Shown: one piece after another, positions 32,694-41,856 of the stretch | Position numbering within the stretch: position 1 is the stretch's first letter | Layout of the letters: every line of letters starts with the position of its first letter | Virus record (IMG/VR): IMGVR_UViG_2799112248_000007 | Location: 1 to 64,000 of that record | Source of the DNA: a virus | Taxonomy: Duplodnaviria; Caudoviricetes | Strand: one strand, 5' to 3' | DNA length: 64,000 nucleotides | Notes under the pieces: generated by a model | What the model saw: only the letters and a program-made list of their open reading frames with translations | Told to the model about the DNA's origin: nothing | Database searches by the model: none | Made by a program: the position numbers and the translations under genes

Positions 32694-32817
32694 TCTCTCC
32701 TTAAAACTCAAAAAGTGACGTTCAGGCACAGTACTATACTTTTTTTGTATATAATTATATAATTTTTGAGGTTTTACTATTAATTATCTTAGTAGATGAT
32801 TGCAACTGTGCGTAACC

Positions 32818-35262
32818 TTATTGCAACTTAGCGACTTGCTTAATTACTGTCTCTATATCTCCTTTAGCTTTGTGTAATTCTCTAATCATATCACCTAAAA
32901 ATGTTTGACGGTTTCCACTAGCGTCTGTTCCGATTGCTTTAACTAAAGCAGATGATTGTACAAGTAATACACATTTCTTTGAAGCACGAGTGATTGCTGT
33001 ATAAACCCACTGTCTACATAAAAGTGAATATGCAGAGTAATCTAATACAACTACTACGTTTTTGATAGTTGAACCTTGTATGCGGTGACAAGTTACAGTA
33101 TAAGCTAGTTCCAAACTATCGAGTTCTGATTGTTGGTAAATTTTAATTCCTAGTCCCTCGAAGTTAATCATCAAGCATTGAACTATTTTATTTGTGTTAT
33201 AGTCAATTTTCTCAAACACATCTACAACTATCCCCATGGTACCATTGAATAAATCACCAGTGTTTGATGTTGGAATACTATCATAAAACTCAATTCTTTC
33301 CTCGTCAGTTTCCAATGTTAATAAGTATTCCTGAATCTCCTTTTCAGTTAACCCATTGTCTCGCACATTATAATAATGCTCTAAATCATCATAGTAGCTG
33401 ATTTCGTAGCTATTGCCCTTTACAATAACCTTGTCACCTTCCCTGAAGTCATATCCATTGTAAGACACAAATGGCTTCTCTAGGTCATTAAAGATTGATT
33501 GAGCTAGGTTATTAATTGCTTTTGCTGACATAGCACCACGTTCTTTCATAGCCACAACAACTTGGAATTCCATTAGATCTTGAGGTGTTTTGATATTCTT
33601 TGCTTGACCTCTTAAAACTCTCTCAACGTTTTCGGGCATATCTTCTTTGTTTTGATAGCTGACCATAATCATATCTTTGTTCTTTCCAAACTTTATCATG
33701 CCCTCTTGGTTAGCAGAGCAAACTTGAACACCTTCACGAATCTTTGTAGCTAATTCAATGATTCCTGAATCTTGGGCTTGACGGTGAACTTGATTTAACT
33801 CAATAGTTTTGAAGTATTGTGTTTGAAGTAAATCACGAAGCACATCCCCATGCCCAATACCTGAAAGCTGACCACTATCCCCTACTAAAATTACCTTAGT
33901 ACCATCTTGAATTTTAGATAACATTTGGCTAAACAGTCCTGCATCTACCATTGAACTTTCATCAATGATTATTACATCATAGAATGATTTACCATCACCG
34001 ATTTCTTCATCATCTGACTTCTTCACACCAATTCCAAACGTGCGGTGAATTGTTGCAGAGTCAATATCTTTCGATAAAAGAACCTGTGAAGCTTTACCAC
34101 TCAATGCACATGCTTTATAAGTAAGGCCTAAAGAGTTTAATACCTCGACAATCCCTTTGACTACAGTGGTCTTACCTGTACCACCTTTACCATTTATAAT
34201 AAACACACCGTGCAAAACACTCTCACGAATAGCATTTTTTTGCTCGTCAGTATATTTTACATTTAGCGCCGCCTCAGCGTCTTTGATTGCTTCATCAACA
34301 TCAAAGCCAATTGGTGCTTCATATCTAGTAGCAAGTCTCAGTAAATTTCGTAATGTGTTGCGCTCATTGTTGTACATAAGAATAGAAGAAATTCTCTTAT
34401 CCTCCTGTTGCCAATAGAAGTTTTTCTCACCATCCTCTGACTTCATATAGTTGCGAATATATGTGCCATTAACATCTAGTTCTTTGATAGCTTGTTCTAG
34501 GAACTCCCGCTCATTGACCCACGAATGCCCTTGATTTGCAATTTCATTAAAGTAGTATTCTGAGTAAGCCTTAATGCGTTTTGAACCAAACTTATCTTCC
34601 CCACGTATGAGAGCTACGTTGTCAATTCTTTTGAAGCTTAAACCTGAAACGATACATAGATAATATAAAGATTCTTTTGCTTTGAATAGTGCAATTGTAG
34701 AATTTCCAAACTTCTCAACAATCTTATTCAACATTCTCCCTGATGGGTTCAAGTCAGCAAGTTCCGCCATTAAAGCTCCTAAGTCTTTGTTTCGCTTGAT
34801 TTCTCTTTTAATCTTTAGAGCTGTAGCTTCCCCGAAACCCTTTATTGTAGTTATATCAATTATATTATCTTTAATATCATCTACAATCATATTGTTAGGA
34901 AAGGCTTCAAGAATCAGCTTTGATTGATACTCTGATAGAACAGCTTGTAGGAAGCGCTGTTGTGCTTCAACTGTGTCAAGTGCTTCTATATGAATACGAA
35001 TAATCTCATAGAACTCACCATACTTAGCGTCTGTCTGCAAATCCGATACTTCAATGTCATACTCTTGCCCCACATTCATAGCCAATGGAATGTTACCTCT
35101 AATAACAAAGTTGTTATAGCGATTCAGCTCAGGTTCGAAGTCACCCTCTATCTTAGTTGGTGCAACGCTCACAATGCCCCACATGCTTTCTTCCTTATAG
35201 TACAGCACCTTTGCAACCTTGACTTTTAAGCGGTTAGTATTTTGGTGTAAAATGTTTGGCAA
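32818..35262 (-). CDS. recD2: RecD2-like SF1B helicase
   Basis: GKGGTGKTT, IIDESSM, GDSGQL, VHRQ, YTVTCHRIQGS, YTAITRA. Confidence 0.93.
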   Translation of the reverse strand: MPNILHQNTNRLKVKVAKVLYYKEESMWGIVSVAPTKIEGDFEPELNRYNNFVIRGNIPLAMNVGQEYDIEVSDLQTDAKYGEFYEIIRIHIEALDTVEAQQRFLQAVLSEYQSKLILEAFPNNMIVDDIKDNIIDITTIKGFGEATALKIKREIKRNKDLGALMAELADLNPSGRMLNKIVEKFGNSTIALFKAKESLYYLCIVSGLSFKRIDNVALIRGEDKFGSKRIKAYSEYYFNEIANQGHSWVNEREFLEQAIKELDVNGTYIRNYMKSEDGEKNFYWQQEDKRISSILMYNNERNTLRNLLRLATRYEAPIGFDVDEAIKDAEAALNVKYTDEQKNAIRESVLHGVFIINGKGGTGKTTVVKGIVEVLNSLGLTYKACALSGKASQVLLSKDIDSATIHRTFGIGVKKSDDEEIGDGKSFYDVIIIDESSMVDAGLFSQMLSKIQDGTKVILVGDSGQLSGIGHGDVLRDLLQTQYFKTIELNQVHRQAQDSGIIELATKIREGVQVCSANQEGMIKFGKNKDMIMVSYQNKEDMPENVERVLRGQAKNIKTPQDLMEFQVVVAMKERGAMSAKAINNLAQSIFNDLEKPFVSYNGYDFREGDKVIVKGNSYEISYYDDLEHYYNVRDNGLTEKEIQEYLLTLETDEERIEFYDSIPTSNTGDLFNGTMGIVVDVFEKIDYNTNKIVQCLMINFEGLGIKIYQQSELDSLELAYTVTCHRIQGSTIKNVVVVLDYSAYSLLCRQWVYTAITRASKKCVLLVQSSALVKAIGTDASGNRQTFLGDMIRELHKAKGDIETVIKQVAKLQ

Positions 35263-35323
35263 TTTTATCCCTGCTTTCTCCTGAATATACTTAAACGGAA
35301 CCTTTATATGTCGCTCCTTTAAT

Positions 35324-35342
35324 ATATAATTATATTACTTTT
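35324..35342 (-). promoter_or_regulatory. 19-bp motif AAAAGTAATATAATTATAT (exact copy)
   Basis: Identical to copies at 8766, 17364, 24483 and 26482; heads the left arm. Confidence 0.8.
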
Positions 35343-35496
35343 ATAAACATATTTATATTAAAAACATATATAATTAAAAAATAATATATTTTTCAAAAAA
35401 CACATCCAAAAATTACGAAATAATATATAATGACTAAAGTCGAAATCAACTACAAAAGGTTGGTGAAGTTACATTATATAGGAAGGAAGATTTAGC

Positions 35497-36009
35497 ATGA
35501 CACACATTACTAGTAAGGACTTAATGTTTCAACCCTTCGTCATGAATGACATTGGCGTGGTTGAGCTTTTAATAGAGTTTAGATACAAATATGATGATAA
35601 CCTTTTCTTAGGCGGCGGTAGCACACTTGATGTTACAGGGGTTAAAGCTGTTAATCAAGAAGTGATAGCGACTTATGCTTCATTAGATAGACTAATCAAT
35701 CAATGTAACTTCACGGATCAACAGTTACTTCTTATTAAAATGGTTGAAAAAGGCTACACCCATAGAGAAATCGGTGAAGCCATAGGCATTGAGAATCAGA
35801 ATGTCAAGAAAGCGCTCAAGACCGTTTACAAAGCAGTCGTGAAAGAGAATGAGCGTCAATGGCGTAGAGTGATCTACACAAGCACTCTAGGTTTAAAAAC
35901 AAAACAATGTAACAAGTGCGGTGAACACCTACCTGCAACAAACGAGTTCTATAGTGACAATAAATCAGCAAAAGACCGGTTACTTTCCATCTGTAAAACA
36001 TGTCGCTAA
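35497..36009 (+). CDS. Sigma region 4/LuxR-like HTH regulator with a C-terminal Zn finger
   Basis: FTDQQ..GYTHREIGEAIGIENQNVKKAL; CNKC..CKTC; first gene of the right arm. Confidence 0.7.
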   Translation: MTHITSKDLMFQPFVMNDIGVVELLIEFRYKYDDNLFLGGGSTLDVTGVKAVNQEVIATYASLDRLINQCNFTDQQLLLIKMVEKGYTHREIGEAIGIENQNVKKALKTVYKAVVKENERQWRRVIYTSTLGLKTKQCNKCGEHLPATNEFYSDNKSAKDRLLSICKTCR

Positions 36010-36060
36010 AACACTTGTACAAAAAAGTATTGCAAATGTCACTTCCCACCGCCTTAAAGA

Positions 36061-36426
36061 ATGAGAGGGTTAATTAATAAAATGAAAATTTTACTACCAC
36101 ACCTAACGGTGAACTTAGATAGTTCGCTAAATTTAGCACAACGCAAGCAAGTCATTGAACACCTTCTTAACGAAGAAATTGAATTTCTAGCTCAGCCAAT
36201 GACATTGGAAGAATATCTATTGTTTACTTGGGAAAAGCAAAACACTAAAATAATTTTGGATATGTTCGCTTACTACCTCACTAAAGAGGAAAAGAATCTA
36301 GAAGTCTTATCTCATAAGAAAGTAAAGGAAATTAGCAAAGGTTCAGAACGCTATAGTAACTTCTCTTGTCTATCAGAAGAAGATAAGGAACAACTAGGAA
36401 TCACTACTAATAGTAGTGAAGATTAA
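36061..36426 (+). CDS. Hypothetical phage protein
   Basis: 121-aa ORF (possible start 36082 after GAGAGGG). Confidence 0.7.
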   Translation: MRGLINKMKILLPHLTVNLDSSLNLAQRKQVIEHLLNEEIEFLAQPMTLEEYLLFTWEKQNTKIILDMFAYYLTKEEKNLEVLSHKKVKEISKGSERYSNFSCLSEEDKEQLGITTNSSED

Positions 36427-36434
36427 CTTATAAT

Positions 36435-36453
36435 AAAAATAATATAATAATAT
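36435..36453 (+). promoter_or_regulatory. 19-bp motif variant upstream of HU
   Basis: AAAAATAATATAATAATAT, orientation flipped with the right arm. Confidence 0.65.
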
Positions 36454-36529
36454 ATAATCGTTAATTTACTGTTCCAAAGGCGGTAAAAATCACATTTTAT
36501 TTTTCAGAGAAAAAGGAGCTTATAACCAA

Positions 36530-36913
36530 ATGGCTAAATTAGGTCGTACAGATTTTATTACAGGAATCTTAGCTGAGGAACTACAAGCTACACTACCAAC
36601 GGTGCGTGTATCAAAAGCGTTAGCTAAAGATATCTTAGAAGGTGACACAGATAGCGTAGAAATCCAAATAACAAAAGACTTCGGAACAGCAGTTCTTGAT
36701 TCAGTAGAAAAAGCATATGTTCGTGCTATCGTTGAAAGTCAAGTTAATATTGGTTTTGGTACTTTAGGTCAGTTCAAGGTTGAAGTAAAACCTGAGCGTA
36801 CTTACCGTAACCCTCAAGGTGGTTCACCAGTGGTTAAACCAACTCACTTGGCTACAAAGTTTGCTGTTTCTAAAACTTTCAAAGAAGTATTAGAAAAAAC
36901 AGTTATTAACTAA
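36530..36913 (+). CDS. HU/IHF-like DNA-binding protein (YonN-like)
   Basis: GFGTLGQFKVEVKPERTYRNPQGG..KFAVSKTFKE arm motif; AAGGAG RBS. Confidence 0.85.
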   Translation: MAKLGRTDFITGILAEELQATLPTVRVSKALAKDILEGDTDSVEIQITKDFGTAVLDSVEKAYVRAIVESQVNIGFGTLGQFKVEVKPERTYRNPQGGSPVVKPTHLATKFAVSKTFKEVLEKTVIN

Positions 36914-37015
36914 TTCAGTAAATGATCGGTGTGATACTGTGTGAGTTTCACCTTTTTTATTCGGATTTTATTAAAAAAACACCTTTTTTCAAATTATTTC
37001 GATAAAACAGTTTGT

Positions 37016-37034
37016 TAAAGTAATATAATAATAT
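37016..37034 (+). promoter_or_regulatory. 19-bp motif variant upstream of the hairpin/tRNA region
   Basis: TAAAGTAATATAATAATAT. Confidence 0.7.
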
Positions 37035-37094
37035 AATATGATATACAAGGTGAGTCACTTACCTATTTAAGCTACTGCTAATAAACTTATTGAG

Positions 37095-37351
37095 CGCAAG
37101 GTGTTATTCCTACCTCTTTAACATCTTGCGAACATATGAGTAAGATAATAACTAAACTCACAAACAAGACAAACACATTAATTAGAATTAAGTAAACATC
37201 TGAGACCCAATCAAGTACTACAAAAACAACTAAAAGAACTTTCGGTGCTACCTACCCTTCGCAAGATAAAGTGAGAAGTTCTTTTGATTTCATAACTTAA
37301 ACCTCCTTAGAATCAAAGTTTGAGCGTAGTTCTTCCCTTAACTACGCTCAA
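37095..37351 (+). ncRNA. Putative structured RNA: tandem hairpins with CU-rich anti-SD loops
   Basis: Four consecutive 8-12 bp stems with loops UUCCUACCUCUU, CUACCUACCCUUC, CAUAACUUAAACCUCCUUA and CUUCCCUU. Confidence 0.5.
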
Positions 37352-37368
37352 TGCTGAAAATCAAATAT

Positions 37369-37445
37369 GCGTCATTAGCTCAATGGATTAGAGCAACAGG
37401 TTTCTACCCTGTCGGTTGGGAGTTCGAATCTCTCATGGCGCGCCA
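37369..37445 (+). tRNA. tRNA-Arg(UCU)
   Basis: Acceptor GCGTCAT/ATGGCGC, anticodon arm ACAGG-TTTCTAC-CCTGT, T loop GTTCGAAT, encoded CCA. Confidence 0.93.
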
Positions 37446-37454
37446 ATAAAATTT

Positions 37455-37529
37455 TGGGCATTTGACGTGGACTACGCCACTCGATTTTCTTTCGAGTATT
37501 TAGAGTTTCGAATACCCTATGCCCTACCA
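37455..37529 (+). tRNA. tRNA-Glu(UUC)-like, probably degenerate
   Basis: GGGCAT/ATGCCC acceptor, CTCGA-TTTTCTT-TCGAG anticodon arm, TTCGAAT loop, CCA end; mismatches in the D and T stems. Confidence 0.6.
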
Positions 37530-37543
37530 AAAAGGATATAACT

Positions 37544-37798
37544 ATGAATTACTATTTTTTAACATATGAAACTAACAACGAACTAGTTAATGAATCTTAC
37601 TTGTATTCTAAGGAATCTGACGATAGTATAGATAACCGTTGGAAGGAAAGAGCATTTGAAATAGCGTTGGATAGATATTTCGATATTTATGATGAAGAAG
37701 CAGAGAAGCTTGAGATTTTTGCTTCAAACACAGCAATATCGAAAGATGATTACACAATGTATAGAATAGATGGTTTAAAAAAATTAGAGTATTTATAA
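37544..37798 (+). CDS. Hypothetical acidic protein
   Basis: 84-aa ORF with an AAAGGA RBS. Confidence 0.65.
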   Translation: MNYYFLTYETNNELVNESYLYSKESDDSIDNRWKERAFEIALDRYFDIYDEEAEKLEIFASNTAISKDDYTMYRIDGLKKLEYL

Positions 37799-37911
37799 AA
37801 AATTTTATCGTATCATTGCATGTTCGACCACAGCCTAATCAGCCAACAGGATTGAATCCTTATTTCACCTGTCTAAGTAAGCAAGCCTCTGTTCAACGCT
37901 CACCCCACTAT

Positions 37912-37984
37912 GCGCTCGATTAGATAGTGACATTACATCTGCTTTTTAATCAAAAAACAACAGTTCGATTCTGTTCCTGAGCTT
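37912..37984 (+). pseudogene. Pseudo-tRNA (Lys-like)
   Basis: Perfect T arm AACAG-TTCGATT-CTGTT, partial GCTC/GAGC acceptor, broken anticodon stem. Confidence 0.5.
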
Positions 37985-38063
37985 AATCTTATGAAGCTAC
38001 CAATTGCGTAAAAGAATAGACAGCAATTCTATTATCGCAGGTTAAAATCTTGTAGGTTGCTCT

Positions 38064-38129
38064 ATGGGAGTTGGACAGAATGTCAACTGTTGCAAAAGCA
38101 GAGTAGATTCAAATCGTATCACCCCTCAT
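38064..38129 (+). pseudogene. Pseudo-tRNA (Cys-like, GCA)
   Basis: CTGTTGCAAAAGCAG anticodon-like arm, TTCAAAT loop; stems damaged. Confidence 0.35.
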
Positions 38130-38130
38130 A

Positions 38131-38215
38131 TTACATCTTATATTCAAGAAACAAAAAGTTAATAAAATTTTTCGTTTACTCTCCTTTCGCTTTGTTTCCT
38201 GAATATAAGGTGTGA
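38131..38215 (+). repeat. 25-bp inverted repeat enclosing an anti-SD loop
   Basis: TTACATCTTATATTCAAGAAACAAA / TTTGTTTCCTGAATATAAGGTGTGA, loop contains CTCTCCTTT. Confidence 0.75.
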
Positions 38216-38357
38216 TTCAGACACAGTAATCTTAAAACAATCTAAAGAATCATTATTATTCTTTAGGGTGAATGTGTCTACTACACAACTGAATATTAAG
38301 ACAATCAATTCACTATTAGAAAGGCGTAACTATTCTGATAGTGTTTTTTGTTGTAAT

Positions 38358-38430
38358 TGGGGCTTAGTTTAGTGATAAAACGTTAGATCCCTAACCCAAA
38401 ATCATTGGTTCAATCCCACTAGCCCCTACA
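38358..38430 (+). pseudogene. Pseudo-tRNA
   Basis: GGGGCT/AGCCCC acceptor, TAGTTTAGTGATAAAAC D arm, GGTTCAATCCC T arm; anticodon stem mismatched. Confidence 0.6.
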
Positions 38431-38470
38431 ATAAAATATGGAATTTACTAGAGCAAAGGAGAAATAAGAA

Positions 38471-38725
38471 ATGTTACACATTAGAAAAATTAAGACTATG
38501 TATGGTCTTAGATATGCAGTAGTTGACTTATTCACACACTACGCAGTAAAGCTTGATAAATTTGGCAAGTCTGTGAAGAAAAATGGAAAAGTTGAATACG
38601 ATAAAATGCAAACTTATCACGCTATAGATTACTGTGGTGGCGTTGCTATCTTCCCTGTTACACAAAATGGCTTATTACAAGCGAAAGCTGTTCAAAAGTC
38701 AGTTAAAGCAGGTGCTAAGAAATAA
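38471..38725 (+). CDS. Basic hypothetical protein
   Basis: AAAGGAG RBS; translationally coupled to the next gene. Confidence 0.75.
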   Translation: MLHIRKIKTMYGLRYAVVDLFTHYAVKLDKFGKSVKKNGKVEYDKMQTYHAIDYCGGVAIFPVTQNGLLQAKAVQKSVKAGAKK

Positions 38726-38979
38726 TGGCAAAGCGCACTAACTCAATAAAACTAAAAGGTAAACTTGATATTGATTGGACTTTAGGAGAGTTAATCGTAA
38801 CTGAATCTGTTAAAGATGGCGATTTCAAGTATAGCCTAAATAAATTACTTGAAGAATTTAACGGTAAAAACATCACTCTTTCTATCAAAGAAGAAGATTC
38901 AATTGCAACTATTAGCAAGTTCAATGTATCTTCTGAAACAGATGGAGAACAAGAAGATGACTTATTTAAGGAAGATTAA
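38725..38979 (+). CDS. yonK: YonK-like protein
   Basis: MAKRTNSIKLKGKLD..YSLNKLLEEFNGKNITLSIKEE; synteny. Confidence 0.75.
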   Translation: MAKRTNSIKLKGKLDIDWTLGELIVTESVKDGDFKYSLNKLLEEFNGKNITLSIKEEDSIATISKFNVSSETDGEQEDDLFKED

Positions 38980-38982
38980 TAG

Positions 38983-40167
38983 ATGAATACTAAACAACTT
39001 CCTAATGAAATCGTTGAAGAATACAAGTATCGAATCTGTGAGAACAAAAAGCTTCTTGGTCTTACATGGGAAGGTATTAGTGACCTTCTTAACAAAGAGC
39101 TTAAACTTAATTTCGGTGAATCATATTATCGCAAATGGTATAAAGCTTTCAAACAAGGTAGAGATTACGCTATTAAGCAGAGCGCTAATACCTCTGAAGA
39201 ACTAGAAGAATTAAACGACAAAATTAAAGAGCTTGAGATTGCTAAAATGCAAGTTCAAGACCAAAAGCGTGAGTACAAACAATTTTTACGCCACGAGGCA
39301 AGATTGGATAATTTGCTTAAAAAGCTGATTGACTCTATTAAAGATGAAATCAACTACGCTAGACCACTTAACTACAAGAAAGCAGATGTTAAATATAATG
39401 GTGACACCTCTCTTACTTTAATCTTATCAGACCTTCACAAAGGAATGGTAACAGATAACCATTGGAACACCTTTAATGAAAAAGTGTTCTATGAACGCAT
39501 TGAACAAACAATTAATGAAATAATAGCTTATCAAGAGTTAACAGGAGCTAGAGAGCTTCATATCATGCAATTAGGTGATTTAATTGAGGGCAATCTACAC
39601 CGCCTTACTAAGATTGGTGAAACAGAAACAGCAGTTGAGCAAACTAAGTCAGTAGCAGAAGCTTTGGCTAGACTTGTTGCTATTCTAGCAAACTACTTTG
39701 AAAAAGTTAAAGTTTACAGTGTCAAAGGTAATCATGACAGAATTTCTTCTCGCAAAGAGGAGGAAATTAAGACTGAAAGTTTTCATGATTTTGTCACATG
39801 GTATATGGGAGCTCGTTTAGAAAACTTGCCGAATGTTACTATGATGGACAACAAGTATGACAGCGAAATCATAGTAGCAACAATCTTAGGTAGAACTTAC
39901 TTCGGTGTTCATGGTCACTTAGATAACTATAGCAAAGTGATTCAAGACCTAACAATGATGATTCAAAAGTTCCCTACTGCTGTTTTCGCAGGTCATATTC
40001 ACAAGAATTTCGAGAATGAGATTCATGGCGTAGACCTAATAGTAAATGGTGGTTTTGCCGGAACGAACAACTATTCAAAAGACAGTCGCCTACTTTCTAA
40101 GGCACATCAAAAACTACTATGGCTTGATAGAAATGGTCGTAAGGCTACATTCTATATCAAGTATTAA
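38983..40167 (+). CDS. yonJ: YonJ-like calcineurin-type metallophosphoesterase
   Basis: SDLH, GDLIEG, GNHDR, HGH, GHIH motifs. Confidence 0.85.
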   Translation: MNTKQLPNEIVEEYKYRICENKKLLGLTWEGISDLLNKELKLNFGESYYRKWYKAFKQGRDYAIKQSANTSEELEELNDKIKELEIAKMQVQDQKREYKQFLRHEARLDNLLKKLIDSIKDEINYARPLNYKKADVKYNGDTSLTLILSDLHKGMVTDNHWNTFNEKVFYERIEQTINEIIAYQELTGARELHIMQLGDLIEGNLHRLTKIGETETAVEQTKSVAEALARLVAILANYFEKVKVYSVKGNHDRISSRKEEEIKTESFHDFVTWYMGARLENLPNVTMMDNKYDSEIIVATILGRTYFGVHGHLDNYSKVIQDLTMMIQKFPTAVFAGHIHKNFENEIHGVDLIVNGGFAGTNNYSKDSRLLSKAHQKLLWLDRNGRKATFYIKY

Positions 40168-40172
40168 GGAGC

Positions 40173-40418
40173 ATGAGAACAATGGAAGAAACAAAATGTC
40201 AAGTATGTACAACATATGAGGCTTTCGAAAATTTAATTGAAATCGGCACTGAACCTAAGCAAGCCTTTCATATTGTCGTATCACAGCTAATTGCAAGCAC
40301 GTTAGAAACAGCTATTGAAGAAGCATATGACGAAGGTTATGAAGTAGGCTTCAAAGAAGCTTCTAATGATATAGCTGAAATCGTTGGTTCATATGCGAAA
40401 GCTGTAAAAGAAGCATAA
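40173..40418 (+). CDS. Hypothetical protein
   Basis: 81-aa ORF with an AAGGAG RBS. Confidence 0.7.
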   Translation: MRTMEETKCQVCTTYEAFENLIEIGTEPKQAFHIVVSQLIASTLETAIEEAYDEGYEVGFKEASNDIAEIVGSYAKAVKEA

Positions 40419-40678
40419 ATTACAAAAACTACTGTTAGATCTAAAAAACGACTAGAAATTAATCGTAATGATTTAATCGTTTTTCGATTAGCAACTACAA
40501 ATTTAGTTTTAATCTCCCAGTCGCACTAGCGAAAAGTTTGAATGGGCTAAATTTAGCGTTGTTCAATACATTACTTTAGCTGAGCTAATTTCAATGAAAT
40601 CAACTCACCCCGCTTCTTAAGGACTCATATAGCGTTGCTTATGTAATAGAATTATTTAATATCAAAGGATAACACACA

Positions 40679-40987
40679 ATGATTGCAAAATTAGATTATT
40701 TAAACTATATGCACTCATTAAAGGGCTCTATCTTTAAGATTTTGCCACTATATGAGGAAGGTGTTTCTACGCTACCTGACCACATAAATTCAGTTATTTT
40801 TGAGGTTCATAACGTAAAAGAAATCACATCTGAATATGATGGCGCATGGATTGTTCAAACTCATGCTATTCTTAATGGATTGCTTAAAGAGTGTATTAAA
40901 GCGGACAATAAACCATTCATTAAAAGCAAAGTGTTTGGAACTATTGACACGATTGAAAAACAAATTAAAAAACTAGAACAGGAATAA
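40679..40987 (+). CDS. YomY-like morphogenesis-region protein
   Basis: IFKILPLYEE motif; position before the neck/tail genes. Confidence 0.6.
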   Translation: MIAKLDYLNYMHSLKGSIFKILPLYEEGVSTLPDHINSVIFEVHNVKEITSEYDGAWIVQTHAILNGLLKECIKADNKPFIKSKVFGTIDTIEKQIKKLEQE

Positions 40988-40991
40988 TGTA

Positions 40992-41334
40992 ATGTTCAGC
41001 GCTTATAGAAAAAGGGTTCGAGCTAATGATAACACAATTTATGACTTATAAAATTCCACAAAAAGACAAATGGTGAACTATATCTTAGATTCTCCTTCCC
41101 TATCTTATGTTTTTATTGATATGCAGGAAACATTACCAATCCCTAGTATCGTAAATGACATTAGACCTTTTTATGGGCGTAGATTTTCCTAATGGTTCAG
41201 TTATTGTAAAACTACCTTAGAAAATCACATTCCTGAAATTAACTCAACTGTAACCATTTATGAGTATAAGTATCAAGTTGCTGTATTAACAGTATTGGTT
41301 ACATTGAAGTCCAGCTGCAAAGGATTCCAATAAC
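40992..41334 (+). pseudogene. Decayed putative head-closure/neck gene (YomX position)
   Basis: MFSAYRKRVRANDNTIYDL*NSTKRQMVNYILDSPSLSYV..GRRFS*, with in-frame stops and apparent internal deletions; function assigned by synteny. Confidence 0.6.
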
Positions 41335-41856
41335 ATGATTAAACAAAGTTCAACAGTAGAGTTCTTCTCAAACATATATCAAATTTTAATCACTGATGAA
41401 GAACTAATGAGATTATTAAAATATGAGCCTAAAGGATATGACACTCAAGAAAACTACCATCCCGACCCACTTGACCCTGAGTTACCAAACTTAGTTAACA
41501 TTGAAAGGGATGATTATTGGAAACTAGTTGATGAGAGAGTCGTTTTAGGCGAAAAAACCTCTGACCTAATAGAAAATAAACTATGCAAGATTTACATTTA
41601 CGAAGGTAGACGTAGACCTGTAATTGAAAGCTATCTAGTAGCACAACAAGAGGTTAACATTGACATTTTTATTCATGAATCATTTGACAGAGATTTAAGA
41701 ATATCTCGAATATCTGACAGGATTAATGAGCTGATAGCGCTAGAGCGCATTGCAGGCTTTGGTAAGCTCGAATACAAAGCAGGCAACCCTCGTGAAGCCC
41801 CAACACATTATAGACGCTTCTTACATCAATACACAATGAATGTGAGTAAGAAATAA
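41335..41856 (+). CDS. Putative tail terminator/completion protein (YomW-like)
   Basis: DEELMRLLKY..DPLDP, QEVNIDIFIH, RISRISDRINEL; synteny. Confidence 0.65.
   Translation: MIKQSSTVEFFSNIYQILITDEELMRLLKYEPKGYDTQENYHPDPLDPELPNLVNIERDDYWKLVDERVVLGEKTSDLIENKLCKIYIYEGRRRPVIESYLVAQQEVNIDIFIHESFDRDLRISRISDRINELIALERIAGFGKLEYKAGNPREAPTHYRRFLHQYTMNVSKK

Noticed and set aside
37252-37293. Minus-strand mini-ORF behind AAGGAGG
   Set aside because: Only 13 codons and antisense to the tRNA transcript; treated as a hairpin loop, although a peptide cannot be excluded
36960-38430. CRISPR or mini-array interpretation of the hairpin region
   Set aside because: No repeated identical direct repeats with regular spacers, and no cas genes
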